Source: Xylographa opegraphella (lineage: Eukaryota). From it: a DNA stretch of 64,000 nt. Below are positions 49,505 through 61,440 of this stretch, in pieces. Within the stretch, counting starts at the first letter, position 1. Each line of letters opens with the position of its first letter. Under the pieces are notes generated by a model, which searched no databases, had not been told where the DNA came from, and saw only the letters and a program-made list of their open reading frames with translations. A program made the translations under genes and the position numbers. The DNA is taken from NCBI GenBank assembly GCA_022813865.1, contig JALDZX010000042.1, positions 124,001-188,000 on the forward strand, read 5' to 3'.

Positions 49505-50915
49505 TTACAAAGTCCCTCCCCCCGCTCCTACGATCTTCAAACCCATCGCATCGCCCGAATATGCCAGCCAGTAACGCGTTGGATGCCATGCTACACACGT
49601 CGCTGGCGCGCTCGTCTCTACCTTGCATACATATTCCCCCGTTTCAACGTGCGCGATCTCGAGGCCGTTGCCCTCGTCGCTTCCACCCACCACGTAGCCC
49701 CCATCCCAGCTGAAGCCAACGCTTCGTACACTTCCCACCATTGCTCCCAAAGTGCGTCGGCACACCCAGTCTGTTGTATCCCAGAGTGTGATGAGCGCGT
49801 CGGATCCGCCCGTTGCAAGATAACGACCGGAGGGCGAGAGAGCGAGCGTTGAGCACGACGACGTGTGCGCGTAGAGGGTATGGAGTGGGGTGAGGGCAGG
49901 GTAGGTGGCGATGACGACGGAGCCGGTGCCGGTGGTCAGAAGGATGGTGTTTGGCGGAGTGGAGGGCGCGAACAGTGTTTGATTGGTCTGTGTAGCTTGC
50001 GGCAGTGGACTGGAAGCTGAGTAGGGAGGGACGGAGATTGGAATCAGAGTATCGTCCTGTTTTAATGGGCTTTAGTGTGACCGTCCTACAGAATATCTGC
50101 AAGTGGATTATGAAGAGAGGATCTGGGGCATGTTACATGTTTTTGGAGACTAATGCGAGAACTGTGATTGAACGATGAACAAGCTTGGAAAATTACGGAA
50201 GTATGGCTCTGGAGGAGACAAAGAAGGTAGGTGTGAAGGCAATGAATGACTACGTTGCCTGGAATAGCCGTGGATATTGGCGATTCTTGGTGCACGTCAA
50301 CAGAGGGTCATCTTGTAGTAAGCACTGTTTTGGGTGAATGCAATAATGGGGCAGGAAACCGCAGCTTTTGAACGCTCGATTAAACACGTGTGGTGGCGGT
50401 AGTGACCTATATTGGCAAACGCACCTTTCGTCCAACCAGTACAGCGCTACCATCTGCTGACCAACTGATCGTAAGCCCTTCCCCACCGAGTTGAACTGTC
50501 TCCACACAAGTCTTGCTTCTCACGTCCCAGAATTTGCAGGTCCCGTCGCTCGAGACTGACGCGAGCTCGGCTTCTTTGACCGGGTTCCACGCCACGCGTT
50601 CAATCACGCCCGTGTGGCCGCGGAGCTCGGTACTGTTCTTGACTTGCGGTTTTTCCGGATTCCAGATCCGCAGTGTACGGTCTGCGGATCCCGTAGCTAT
50701 CAAGTGGCCCGTAGGATTCCAAGCGATGGTGCGGATGCTAGAAAGTTTTCTTAGCGAAGTGCTCGGTTTTTATATCGCACCAGCGGTGTCAAGCCGTACG
50801 TATGCGATCCTGGACCCCTTGATGCCGGATCATGATACGTCTGAGTTTTGAGAGACGAAAATACTGCAGAAAATCTGTCTTTGGGGATGGAGCGCCGGGG
50901 GGTAGGCGGTGCCAT
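49505..50915 (-). CDS. THO complex subunit 3 / Tex1-like WD40 protein
   Basis: MAPPTPRR..GSH | IRTIAWNPTG.LIATGSADRTLRIWN..ELRGHT..LVGRK | 368-nt intron 50424-50057 | DDTLIPI..HTL.AHTS..GRYLATGGSDALITLWDT.DW.C..AHVETGEY..VAWHP.RYWLAY. Confidence 0.88.
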
Positions 50916-51206
50916 CGCTGATGCGAAGGAGATCAAACGTAACAGAATGCTACGTGATTTACAACTGGAAACATATCATACGGTGCTCTGAGGTGACTTC
51001 CACCAATACAACATCTGTCGTGGACAAGTCGAGCAATTCACCAATGCGGTATCAATTCTAATAACTCTTCTTCGGCAAACAACATTCAACAAAGAATATC
51101 CATCGGCGACGCTAGCCTGATTAGGGACTTTTCGACCTTTGTTCGTATTTCTGGCTTCACAGGTCAACAACTGGATGGGAAGGTCATTGAGTAGGAAGAA
51201 GAAGCG

Positions 51207-52754
51207 ATGTTAAAGGTCTTTCCGGACGAAGCGTCAACTGCGAAGTGCTTCATAACTCATGGCGAGCTCCCCCGCTCTATCGATCCCCAGCAACCGCCAA
51301 CCAAAAAAAAGCCATTTTCGACTATTATAAACCAGCCCTTTTCTCACAGGGTACTTGCTGTATTCGTGTAGCATATATTATCATCCTTGTGTTAACGATG
51401 CTTACCAGGTTGATCTTGTACTTTCTGCTGAGCTCTATGATGCGATTTCGACTCAATTGAGGGATAATATTCATGAGTGCAGATACTCGAAAGTGAACCT
51501 ACCTCTTTCCGCACTCCTTGAAGCGGATTTCTTTATATCGTACATCAAAACTGGTACTACTTGTATTCTATCTATGTTTTTGTATTTTTGTACGCGCTGA
51601 TCTAAATGCGTTTCAAGGCAACATCACAATGCTCTCGGAAGGTCGTGCTGGCATCGACGATTTGTATTCTTTAAAAGACGGCAAGTGCGCTATTGACCAC
51701 AAGATCTTGATCGTAGGTGGATATATGCTAAATATATTCCTGCTATCATGTAGGTCAGCTGCGACTTGAGCTGTCTCGTGAGATCTACGAGCGAGTCGGT
51801 CTTGTCGGACATCCGATCCGAGACACAGGTCGGAAGCACATGAAGACCAGATATGGTACACTTCTTTCAGAGATAGCAACTGGTTATGCTCATGCTAAAG
51901 GAGAGATACAGCTATCGAGATCAACCTACGACTTCCGTCTATGCTTCACGGGAAGAAGGGGTTCGAAAGGATAGTTTGGGCATTCAAGAATGTGCTGAAT
52001 CGTTCTGTGAGTTGGCTATTCTACGACTTTAACACAAAGCTTGATTCTACTGTATCGGGTCAGTAGGCTACCCAATTACCAGAACTATTGTGGTACAGTA
52101 ATGCTTACCTGAAGAATTAACTTTAGAGAACCGACCGATCGACAGACATCACCCTATCACCAAAGCGTGTCAACTTACAACGAAGCATTTTGAAGTAGTC
52201 ACCCCGCCACTAGCGCCATACGTAGGAACAAGAAACACCTCAGAAGATGCTGAAGATACCGACCTCGGGCTTCTCGAGTGGCTGGACTTTGTTGCGCTTG
52301 AGAGTCCTCGAGTACTGCCCGGTGATAGAGTCGACCCGTTTCTGTGTCAGTATGAAGTACCGAACAGCGATAGGGCGCGGCCGACTAAGATTACGATGCT
52401 ATCGTGGCGGGGTTTCATGCCGGCAGAGTGGATCAAGAAGCTACATCTGGAGTGCTTGTAAGTTTTTCTCTTGAATGGGGAACGAGTACATTAGACAGAA
52501 TTCATGTGCTGAAATTTGAGACCAGTTGGGCTATCCAGAAGCAAAGCTCGGGATGGATCGCGCTGAGTGCGGGTGCCTTCAAGATGGAAGCCATTGATGG
52601 ACCAGAGGGCTACGTCCTACTAACAATACCCTCTAGGAAGATAGGTGATAGCGATCATGAATCCGTTTCAATTGATGCTGGAACACTCCGGACACCTGTG
52701 TTGATGGCGTATACGCTATGGGAAATGACCAGTGGCCATGGTCGATCCTCATAG
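51207..52754 (+). CDS. RPP40: RNase P/MRP subunit Rpp40-like
   Basis: Multi-exon reconstruction: KCFITHG..KKPF | VDLVL..FF..YIKT | GNITMLSEGR | LRLEL.RE.YER.GL.G | NLRLPSMLHGKKGFERIVWAFKNVL..EWL..V.L.SPRV...D.VDPFL..W.GF..W.AL..YTLWE. Confidence 0.85.
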
Positions 52755-53066
52755 ACTTAAGTTTGGGAGATTTGACCATCGTCGAGGGACATCAGCAACA
52801 ATACTCTACAGGTTACTACGATTTGGCTGACAGCCAATGAAGAGGCTTCACGCCATTCAAGGTCCATCAGCGGCAATAACATACGGGTTACCCACGAGGC
52901 CAACCGCTAATGAAGAGGTTTCACACCAAACGTCACACAATTGTTTACTGAATCATCTGGAAGCGTGCGTTGTCCTATTATTGAGTGATACTTATCCAAT
53001 AAATACTTATCCAATATGATACCAGCCTCAAAAGATATTCCAGTTCCAATCGCACCCAAACTCTTC

Positions 53067-56000
53067 TCATGTCGAGGCCTCGTTGAAGATATCCCTCATC
53101 ACTGGTCTACTACCCAGTAATTGCCTTACATCCATCGTCCCCTTCTTTTCAGGGGTTTTCCGCTTGCCTGCACCTCTCCTGAGAGCGCTCCTATCTTCTC
53201 CTCTGACCTTCCCAGTTCTTTGTTTCACAGGTTCATCCTCATGGACCTTTACACTTGCTTGCGTCACCAGATCCTCAAAGAGATGCACCTCCAATGCGTT
53301 CTGCGCCAAATCGAACTTCCAGCCTTTCTCATCAATCAGCCCACAGAGTTTGCCTAGTAGCTCGCTGCCTTTCTTCATGGTATCCCAGCTCCCCACTATG
53401 AGCAGTTTTGTTCGCGCCCTTGTCAACGCAACGTTCACCCTTCTCCAGTCTTTCAACAACTCACCCACGTTGCCCGTCTCGTTACTCCGCACCAGCGAGA
53501 GGACAACAACCTCCTTATCGCGACCCTGGAACCTGTCTGCGGTGTGCATTTCGACCCCGCTAGCTCCTTGGTTGTCTCTCGAAATAGAAGATTTTAGGCG
53601 AAGGTTCTGCTTGAGAAGCGCCAGTTGACTGCGGTAGAGCGTAATGACACCAATATCGGTAGCTTTCACGCCGACAGTGAGCAGAGATTCAACCAGCTGC
53701 GTCGTCACACTTGCTTCGATTGGATTGGTTATTCGCGAGCCATTCGCAATCTCGCGGGATAGCGGGAAAAGCCGATCTGTGTTTATAAAAGCAACCTTGA
53801 CTGCTGGGTCGAACAAGTCACGGATCCAGCATGCCCCGGGGTTAGCGGCCGGACAAAATGCGGACGCTGTAGATGAAATAGTGGAAGGGGTGTAATGATG
53901 TGCGCACATTGCTGACATATCAGGTATAAAGATCTCGCTGTTTGCGACTTCAGAAGTGCCACACTTGAGACGGCCGTTGTAGATAAGAGTATTGCTCAAT
54001 GTCATAATATCCTCGCACATGCGGTATTGGTGCTCAAGATTGACAACAGACAATGGATGTTTCTCGGACAGTAACTTGAAGAGACTGATGTCCAATCCTC
54101 CTTCCTGGGCCTCCCTGTTCTGCACAAGTGGAGGGAGTTGATAGTGGTCCCCAACAAGGATGAAAGTTCTGGCCATTCGGATTGGACCAAGGCAAACGGG
54201 CAGCGTGATCTGCGATGCCTCATCGACAATACAGTAGTCAAAGATACGCTGATTGAATATCGGATGGTTGATGCCGAGGCAAGTAGTGGCGACTACTTGG
54301 TTGCTGTACGATCTCTTTAGTTCTTCCACTGTAGTCTTCGGTACGGCGGCAAGATCTGCAAACTCTTGCACTTGAGAATGGACCTTAGCAACGGCACCCA
54401 GCCGAAGGACCCCGATCCCATCATTGCGGATCTTTAGAAGAATATTATCCACGGCCGTATGCGTGTAGGAGGTGAGAAGGACACTTTTTCCTTGTGCTGT
54501 GAGAGCACGGATGATGTGCGCAATTGTGGTAGTTTTTCCGGTTCCTGGCATTCCAAGCACCAGAGCATAATCCCTAGCACACATGACCTTCTCGATGGCG
54601 TTTCTCTGGCCAACGTTCAGACTCGATTGGCTAGCTGTGTCGAACGTCATGGGAGCAGCATTTACGAAGGTTGGGGCGACGCCTTCGACAACCAGTTTCC
54701 GAAGTGCTTGCGCGCCAAATAGATCCAATTCCATGATGCGAATCAGATTGCTACGGACCATTGCCATCCCGTTGCTAAACTCATCTTTGTCAAGTCTATA
54801 TAAGACTGGTTCTTCCGGCTGCTGAGGCATCATCGTGGACTGATGGTCCCCTTCCTCCACAATCTCCATGATACCTGAAAACGACTGGTTGGTTTCGGCA
54901 TCAAAGCCCTTACTCCTAACTCGAACATTGTGAAGACGTCGGTCAACAGCAACAGTAATACGGTGCTTTCGGACATGTGTGACGTATCCATTCGCCAACG
55001 CAAAATGACCCTTCTCGTCGGATATCACGATGGGTTCGCCGATGGTGATCTGCGAATCTGTGAACGCAAATGTTGGCTGAGCCTTTTCTTTTATAAAAGA
55101 ATAACGAAAGCGATTGATTTTGGGAGCATCCGTTAGCTCAACAGCAGAACCAGGCTCGATTACGACGTTGCCAAAACATCTACCGACTCTTTCTCTTTCC
55201 GAGCTAAGCATTGTCCACAATTCTCTCCTGAATTTGAGCACGTCGGCTTCTTCTTTTGTCAAGAGGTCATCCCACTTCTTGAAGAAGTCTTGATGGATTG
55301 GTTGCAGATGACTCACAAGCTCATCAAACTTTTTGTTCATACCGCTCGTGGTCCCATTTCCATTGTCGACGAGCTTATGGTAGATGAAACAAGGAGTCTT
55401 TGCATAACATCGGCCGCAAAGATGGGGACTCTTCAGCATAGGAGGAAGTTCAAGCCGACGACGAACATAACAGGCAAGCTCATTCCGTTGCATGATCATA
55501 TGTCGTAACTCGTGCCGGATAGCTGGAATGCGGGAAATTTCAGAAGTTTCCATGTAATACAGTATCCCGTAAGCAATCTGAACATCTATAATGCTACATT
55601 CAGCAACTATTAACATTCGACCGGACGAATTACTCACCGTATCTATCGGACAGCAGGAGTGTATATAGTGCGGTTTGAGCCTTATGAGCAGCATTCGAGT
55701 TGTTCTTACCTGTTTTGACCTCGAAAGGTACTGTGAGAGTCCTCTCCTCTTCGCCGTCTTTCATCAGAACTTGCACGGTGGCATCGACGTTGCCCTTGAG
55801 ACCGTACATAGGTGACCAGACATGCTCCTCAACGTCTAAAAGCTTGTTGATACTCATGAGAGCCTGAGCACCGTTACGATCCTTGACTACAGCTTCATTC
55901 TGTATCTAGTCAGCAAATGACATCTATGTTGTTAGGAGAATCACGTACTCGGGGTCGGACTGTAACAAATACTTCAGCCCATGACTGCAACTCTGGAACC

Positions 56001-58507
56001 TTGCTTGTGAGATGATCGACAGCTTTGGCCATGTCGACATTAATCTCGAAAAGTGTCTCCAAGTAGCGAGCTGCAATGACTTTAATTGTATGTGCCAACC
56101 AACTTGTATCCCAGCGGTTTGCTTTCATAGCCTCCTGAAAAATCTCATGCAGTATATGTCCATAGACTTGAGGCTCATTGGCTGCATTAGTAGCCTTGAC
56201 TCTATCTTGCAGGACTGCTCGTCGTGTACAAGAGAATGAATCTGCCACGACCGTTGCCGATATTAAATGATCAGGGTGCAGAATCAAGATGTGATGCGTA
56301 TCATCAACAATGCACTGGCCATTCTTATCAAAAATGCCAAGAACATGAATGTACGAGCCTGGCGTACAGGGGCTATCGAACCACGACTGCCGTAGGATGA
56401 CTACCTTGTTGGCTTTCGTTTTCTCTTCGACCACGAGCAATACCTTCGTTGATCAGTAACTGACTTGAAGTGGAGCATGGATCATCACCTTTTCTGGACA
56501 AAGTTGGCCATTGTTGATTTGAAACTGGCCCGTCGCAACAGTCACGATTAGATAGCGCTGAATCGTTGAAAATTTGCTACCATTCTTCGTATAGATTTAG
56601 CAGCTATCTAGACGGCTGTATGTCAGACCTACATACGAGCGATGGAGTCGATATATCTTCTGCCTGAGCAGCACGAGCATAATCCTCAGCGATGTCTTCG
56701 AAATCAAATCCAGCACCAAACTCGTCGTCAGACACGAGATCAACAACTCCTTCCTTCTCTGTGCGCACGTCGGCTGTCAGATGTCTCCTCGTAGAAACAT
56801 CTTGAGCTGGAAACTTCATTGCAGAGATCCCAGTGTCTGCAGATAGGGGAAAACGCTGATCAAATTCAGCTGCTAGAGACACAAAACCCTCACCAAAAAA
56901 GTCGTCATACTCGTCATCAAATTCGTCCTGTTTAGACATCGATTCGTGTTCAGATGGTTTCTCAACTCGCGCCATATCTAGTAGTGTAGGCCCATCGGAG
57001 TTGAGTTCACCACGCTGGCGGGAGATATTCAACTTGGTTTCACGTGTTTCATGAACCATCGGAGGACCATATAAATTGTCGGTTCCTGCTTGACACTCAA
57101 CAGGCCGTGCATTAGTTTCGTCCAACGCATTTCCCACTATGACATCTGCTGGCGTTGTGGTACGTATGGTAGCATCGACTTCGTCAAGTAATTCTTCGTC
57201 AAACTCGTCGTCACCATAATCCGAGGAGGCCTTGCCAATTGTCTCGTCCTTCAACGGTTCGAATTTTTCGAGATCGTCCCGAACCTTGTTGAGCCTCGTG
57301 TGTTCTGTTGTATTCAGTCGAGTCCTGGCATCGGAGGACGAGATATGTATTACACTGACCCGAGATTGTTCAATAGGCGAAGAAGGGAAAGCCGCATCCT
57401 GAATCCGAGCTAGTGCGGGGGGTGAAGAGCTGGGGCGGCGAGTCACTGTGGATTCTCCTTTATTTTCAATCAATCCATCATTTATCTTACCCAAGAGGAA
57501 ATTCACTCTCGATGCTTTCAAATCACAATAAGATCTTACCATCCCACCACGGCTGATATCTTTGGTTTGGTCCCCAATTTGACTCAGACTCTGGTGGATC
57601 TTTCGCCTTTTAGTTGCAGAAGTTGGCCACTCCATGCCACAACTCATAGTTCTCCTAAGACCACTGTACTCAAGCCTATTGACATTCGGTGCTGGAGTTT
57701 GAGGTGATGATGTATGGAGAAGATTTGACGGAGACAATGCTGGAGGCTTGCTCGGTGTCTGATTTGATTTGGGATGTAGAGAATAACGGCTCCATAGGTC
57801 TTTCGCTGGGTCTACTTGAGGTGACATAAGAGATTTCTGAAGGGTCTGTGTATTAAATGGGGCTTTTTTGCTGGGAGATTGAAGGCCAGTAAGTTCTCCA
57901 CGTGGTGAAGATTGCGGCGACGAACTTCGAGCTCGTTTCAAGCCCCGCTTTGTGAAGGGAGTGGCAAAATTGCTGGCAATGTCCATACTTGATTGGGAAA
58001 GATTCCACAAAACCCTTTCCACAGGCGTGAGTAGTGGTAATTGGTCAAATGTATCTTCACCATTACCGATGAGTTCGGCAAGAGGAACTCTGCCTACAGG
58101 CGTTGCTGGGAAGGCGGTCTGAACATCGTTTGATGTCTTCTGGGATTCGTCTAAGGAGGATTGCGGTTGTTGCTGCGATGCTTTGTGTTTGTGTGGCTTG
58201 CCCAACGATTTGTTCTCTTGCTCTTGACTACCACCAAAGAGCTCGTTATCCGACGGAGCGCCGCCATTGCCAGTGAATTCGAAGGCCTTGAGTTTTGTTC
58301 TCGATTGCGACGAGGCAGTTATTGGACGTGCAGACATATTCGGTTTAGTAGCGTGTGCTCCTCTGTTATCCGCATAGTTTGGTCGTTGTTTCTTCTGCCA
58401 GCGGCGACGGTACTTTTATGACTGTCAGATAGAGTATTTGGAGGATCTTCAACTGGACTACTCACAACAGGTGACTGGTCAAAAAAGTTCTGCTGCTGGC
58501 TCGACAT
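53067..58507 (-). CDS. DNA2: DNA replication helicase/nuclease Dna2
   Basis: Long disordered N-terminus; LHPDHLISATVVADSFSC.RRAVLQDR; DVEE.VWSPMYGLKGN.DATV..EVKTG..AQTALY (nuclease); Fe-S Cys C.RCYAK..C; GMPGTGKTT; DEASQ; GDHYQLPP; TADRFQGRDKE..RVNVALTRAR. Confidence 0.96.
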
Positions 58508-58531
58508 CCTAGCGGGGCATCATCCTACGGG

Positions 58532-58566
58532 ACGCGACATGTTATGATCATTACGCGTGGACGCGA
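58532..58566. promoter_or_regulatory. Cluster of three MCB-like (ACGCG[T/A]) elements upstream of DNA2
   Basis: ACGCGA 58532-58537, ACGCGT 58553-58558 and ACGCGA 58561-58566, 25-59 nt upstream of the DNA2 ATG. MCB boxes mark G1/S (MBF) genes in ascomycetes. Confidence 0.6.
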
Positions 58567-58985
58567 CTTGGAGCGCCGAAGTCACGTGCTGATTGGTTCC
58601 TTAGCCCAAATAGCAAAGTTTCTCTAGAATAGATATCGTGAAGTCAATGGATCTGGAAAGCTCAAAGCTAACCGCACGTGCTGCAGTGAATGTGCTTCTA
58701 CTCCGTCATGCTTTACTACAAAATTGTCTTGAAGAAGCCGATGTTGTGCGGATTGGTCGGCAGAACCTACAGCCGATTGGCTGTCTGTACTTAGCGCTAC
58801 ATGAGGATTGAGTTTAGGCACTTCATGATTGCAGATACTCCGTAGTAAGATCTCAATATTTTCAATATAAATTTTGGGTATTGCGCTTGTGCAGATATTC
58901 TAGAATCCCATACATCCGGCTTATTGGTGCTGCTATCTTCTGCAACTTCCAGGACACCCAATCTAGAGAAATCTAACGCGGCACT

Positions 58986-60100
58986 ATGAGTCAGGAGAAG
59001 CCGCTTCCCTTCATATACCAGTTCGCGGCGGGTGCCGTAGCTGGTGTATCGGAAGTATGTCACTTCACACGGCTTACCCTATGGACCATGTGCTGACTTT
59101 CAACGTGTAGATCCTTGTCATGTGAGAGAACTACTTTCCAACTGACCTCGAGAAGCCAAGCTAATGTTGCAACTAGGTACCCCTTGGACGTAGTGAAAAC
59201 ACGAGTGTAAGTGCGCTTGTGTCTTCGTAGCCTTCTTTGCTCAATATTTCGGGCAGACAGTTGCAGACTGGAAAAGGGGTGGGAGATGAATACTACAATG
59301 GCATGGTCGACTGCTTTCGAAAGATTATCAAGAATGAGGGTTTCTCAAGACTTTATCGAGGAATTTCTGCCCCAATCCTTATGGAGGCCCCGAAGAGGTA
59401 TGGCTTAATCATATGACAAACCACGTTGCACGTCTTACAAGTCGTTAGAGCCACAAAGTTCGCCGCCAATGACGAGTGGGGCAAGGTCTACCGCAAGATG
59501 TTCGGCATCGCTAAAATGGACCAAAAGTTATCTATATTAACCGGGGCATCAGCGGGTGCAACGGAGGCGTTTGTCGTGGTGCCGTTCGAGCTTATCAAGA
59601 TCAGGCTTCAAGATCGAGCCTCGGCTGGGAAGTACAACGGGATGATAGATTGTGTCGTGAAAACAGTCAGGGCAGAGGGGCCATTAGCACTCTATAACGG
59701 ACTAGAGAGCACATTATGGCGGCATATATTGTGGAATGCGGGATACTTTGGTTGTATCTTCCAGGTCCGGGAACTCTTACCGAAGGCGTCGGGCAAGAGC
59801 GAACAGATCCGCAACGATCTATTGTCGGGAGCAACAGGAGGGACTGTTGGAACGATACTTAACACGCCTATGGATGTTGTCAAATCAAGGATTCAAAATT
59901 CGCCCAAAATTGCCGGATCAATACCCAAATATAATTGGGCTTGGCCTGCGATCGGGACGGTCATGAGAGAGGAGGGATTCGCAGCGCTCTACAAAGGATT
60001 CGTGCCAAAGGTGCTGCGATTGGGTCCAGGCGGTGGTATTCTTCTTGTAGTTTTTACGGGAGTGATGGATTTCTTCAAGAGCATGAAGAGTAACAATTAA
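58986..60100 (+). CDS. ODC1: Mitochondrial 2-oxodicarboxylate carrier (Odc1/Odc2-like)
   Basis: MSQEKPLPFIYQFAAGAVAGVSE | ILVM | YPLDVVKTRV | QLQ..ILMEAPKR | ATKFAAND..PFELIKIRLQ..PMDVVKSRIQ..PKVLRLGPGGG. Three carrier signature repeats; includes 11-nt and 30-nt exons. Confidence 0.93.
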
Positions 60101-60427
60101 CAGTAATGATTGTTAACCGTATTATATCAGAACGTTGGTCACTTGTTACGTCGAATGTTTGATATCTCTCTTGTGATTAGCTGGCATATCCGCGTCGTTC
60201 GCGTCGGACTGTTCTAGGGGCGAGATCCACAGCATCAGAAGCTTAGGGGCCTGCTTCCTTCTAGATTGCGTCTTTAAAAGGCCGTGACAACAGGAAAGCA
60301 TTCTCCCTCTCTCCTATCGATATGTTGACACTTTCGTGGAACTTTACGGGATCATCGCCCGGTCGTTCGTATGAGTCATTAGAGCTTGTTTGACTAATCT
60401 GCCTGAGGATCGATTGACACTCGGCTC

Positions 60428-61093
60428 TCAGCTCTTCCGCCTTCGAACCTCCCTCTCTCTATCCGATCCTACACCTCTAACAGCATCCTTGACCAAATCC
60501 CGCAAGTCTTGCTGACCTTGCTCCGCCTCGAAGTCGTCTCTTCTAGCCAATTCCTCGATTCTTTTTCTGAACTCAGGGTCAGGTGTCTGATCGTTGCCAT
60601 CTCCAGCATCAGCACTGTCTAACGTGCCTACGTTGATGGTAACATTTGGCGGTAGCGGTGGAAGGTGTTGAAAACCACTGCTTGTGGTACGGCTAGCATC
60701 GCTGCCTGACACGGTACGGATTCGAGCTTCCAAGAGATAGTCAGCTATTGTCGGGTAGTCTCCTTCCGCCCTGATCTTTTCCTCGGCTGTAACACCATCT
60801 GCATTTGTGATTGTCGGATCCGCATTCAGCTCGTCAAGAAGAACGTGTGCTGCTTCTACTGTCTCAACGACGAACAGCGCCGTTTCTCCATCTTCATCGC
60901 GAATATTGACATCAGCCTTGAACTCGGCAACAAGGATTCTTAGAAAATCCAGGTGGTTGTACGACGCTGCAGCGTGCATACAAGAATAGCCGTGCTCATC
61001 CTGTGACAAGGCGAGCTCGGGCTTCGACCGTAGCAGAGGAAGAAGTTTTGGACTGTTGTCTGCTGCGAGCAAAAAGGGATTGGTCTGCGCCAT
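60428..61093 (-). CDS. Small ankyrin-repeat protein (YCR051W-like)
   Basis: NPFLLAAD..QDEHGYS.MHAAASYNH.D.LR.LV.EF..DVNIRDEDGETALF..DPEFRKRIEELA. Confidence 0.85.
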   Translation of the reverse strand: MAQTNPFLLAADNSPKLLPLLRSKPELALSQDEHGYSCMHAAASYNHLDFLRILVAEFKADVNIRDEDGETALFVVETVEAAHVLLDELNADPTITNADGVTAEEKIRAEGDYPTIADYLLEARIRTVSGSDASRTTSSGFQHLPPLPPNVTINVGTLDSADAGDGNDQTPDPEFRKRIEELARRDDFEAEQGQQDLRDLVKDAVRGVGSDREREVRRRKS

Positions 61094-61258
61094 ACCAGTT
61101 CTTTCGTCTGCAACGATCCCTCTTGGTCCGGAGCAAGTCGCGTTTCTGGCCCTTACGAACCGTCGAGCTTGTGAAAGTCTCAAGACAGCTATGGCGTCAT
61201 AGGGCTGTAGATTAGGACTGTAAACAATGAGGCGCTTCCGTATTGTGACACCGCTGGC

Positions 61259-61265
61259 TGAGTCA
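61259..61265. promoter_or_regulatory. Possible Gcn4/CpcA (AP-1-like) site TGAGTCA
   Basis: Perfect TGASTCA between the divergent ankyrin and TRL1 genes, with a second GAGTCACTC copy at about 61295. The motif is short and may be chance. Confidence 0.3.
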
Positions 61266-61440
61266 CTCCATATGTTCGCAAATCTTTGCGGAAGGAGTCA
61301 CTCGATTCTTCTCAAGTCGTCCAAAATGCCTTTTCTCTTATGTCAAATCTTGTAGCCTCGCTGTAGACAGAATCTCTTGTTTTGCAACTCACCATTTGAA
61401 TCGTTCGCTCCTGCGCACACAGCTCTTCAGTTTCTCGACC

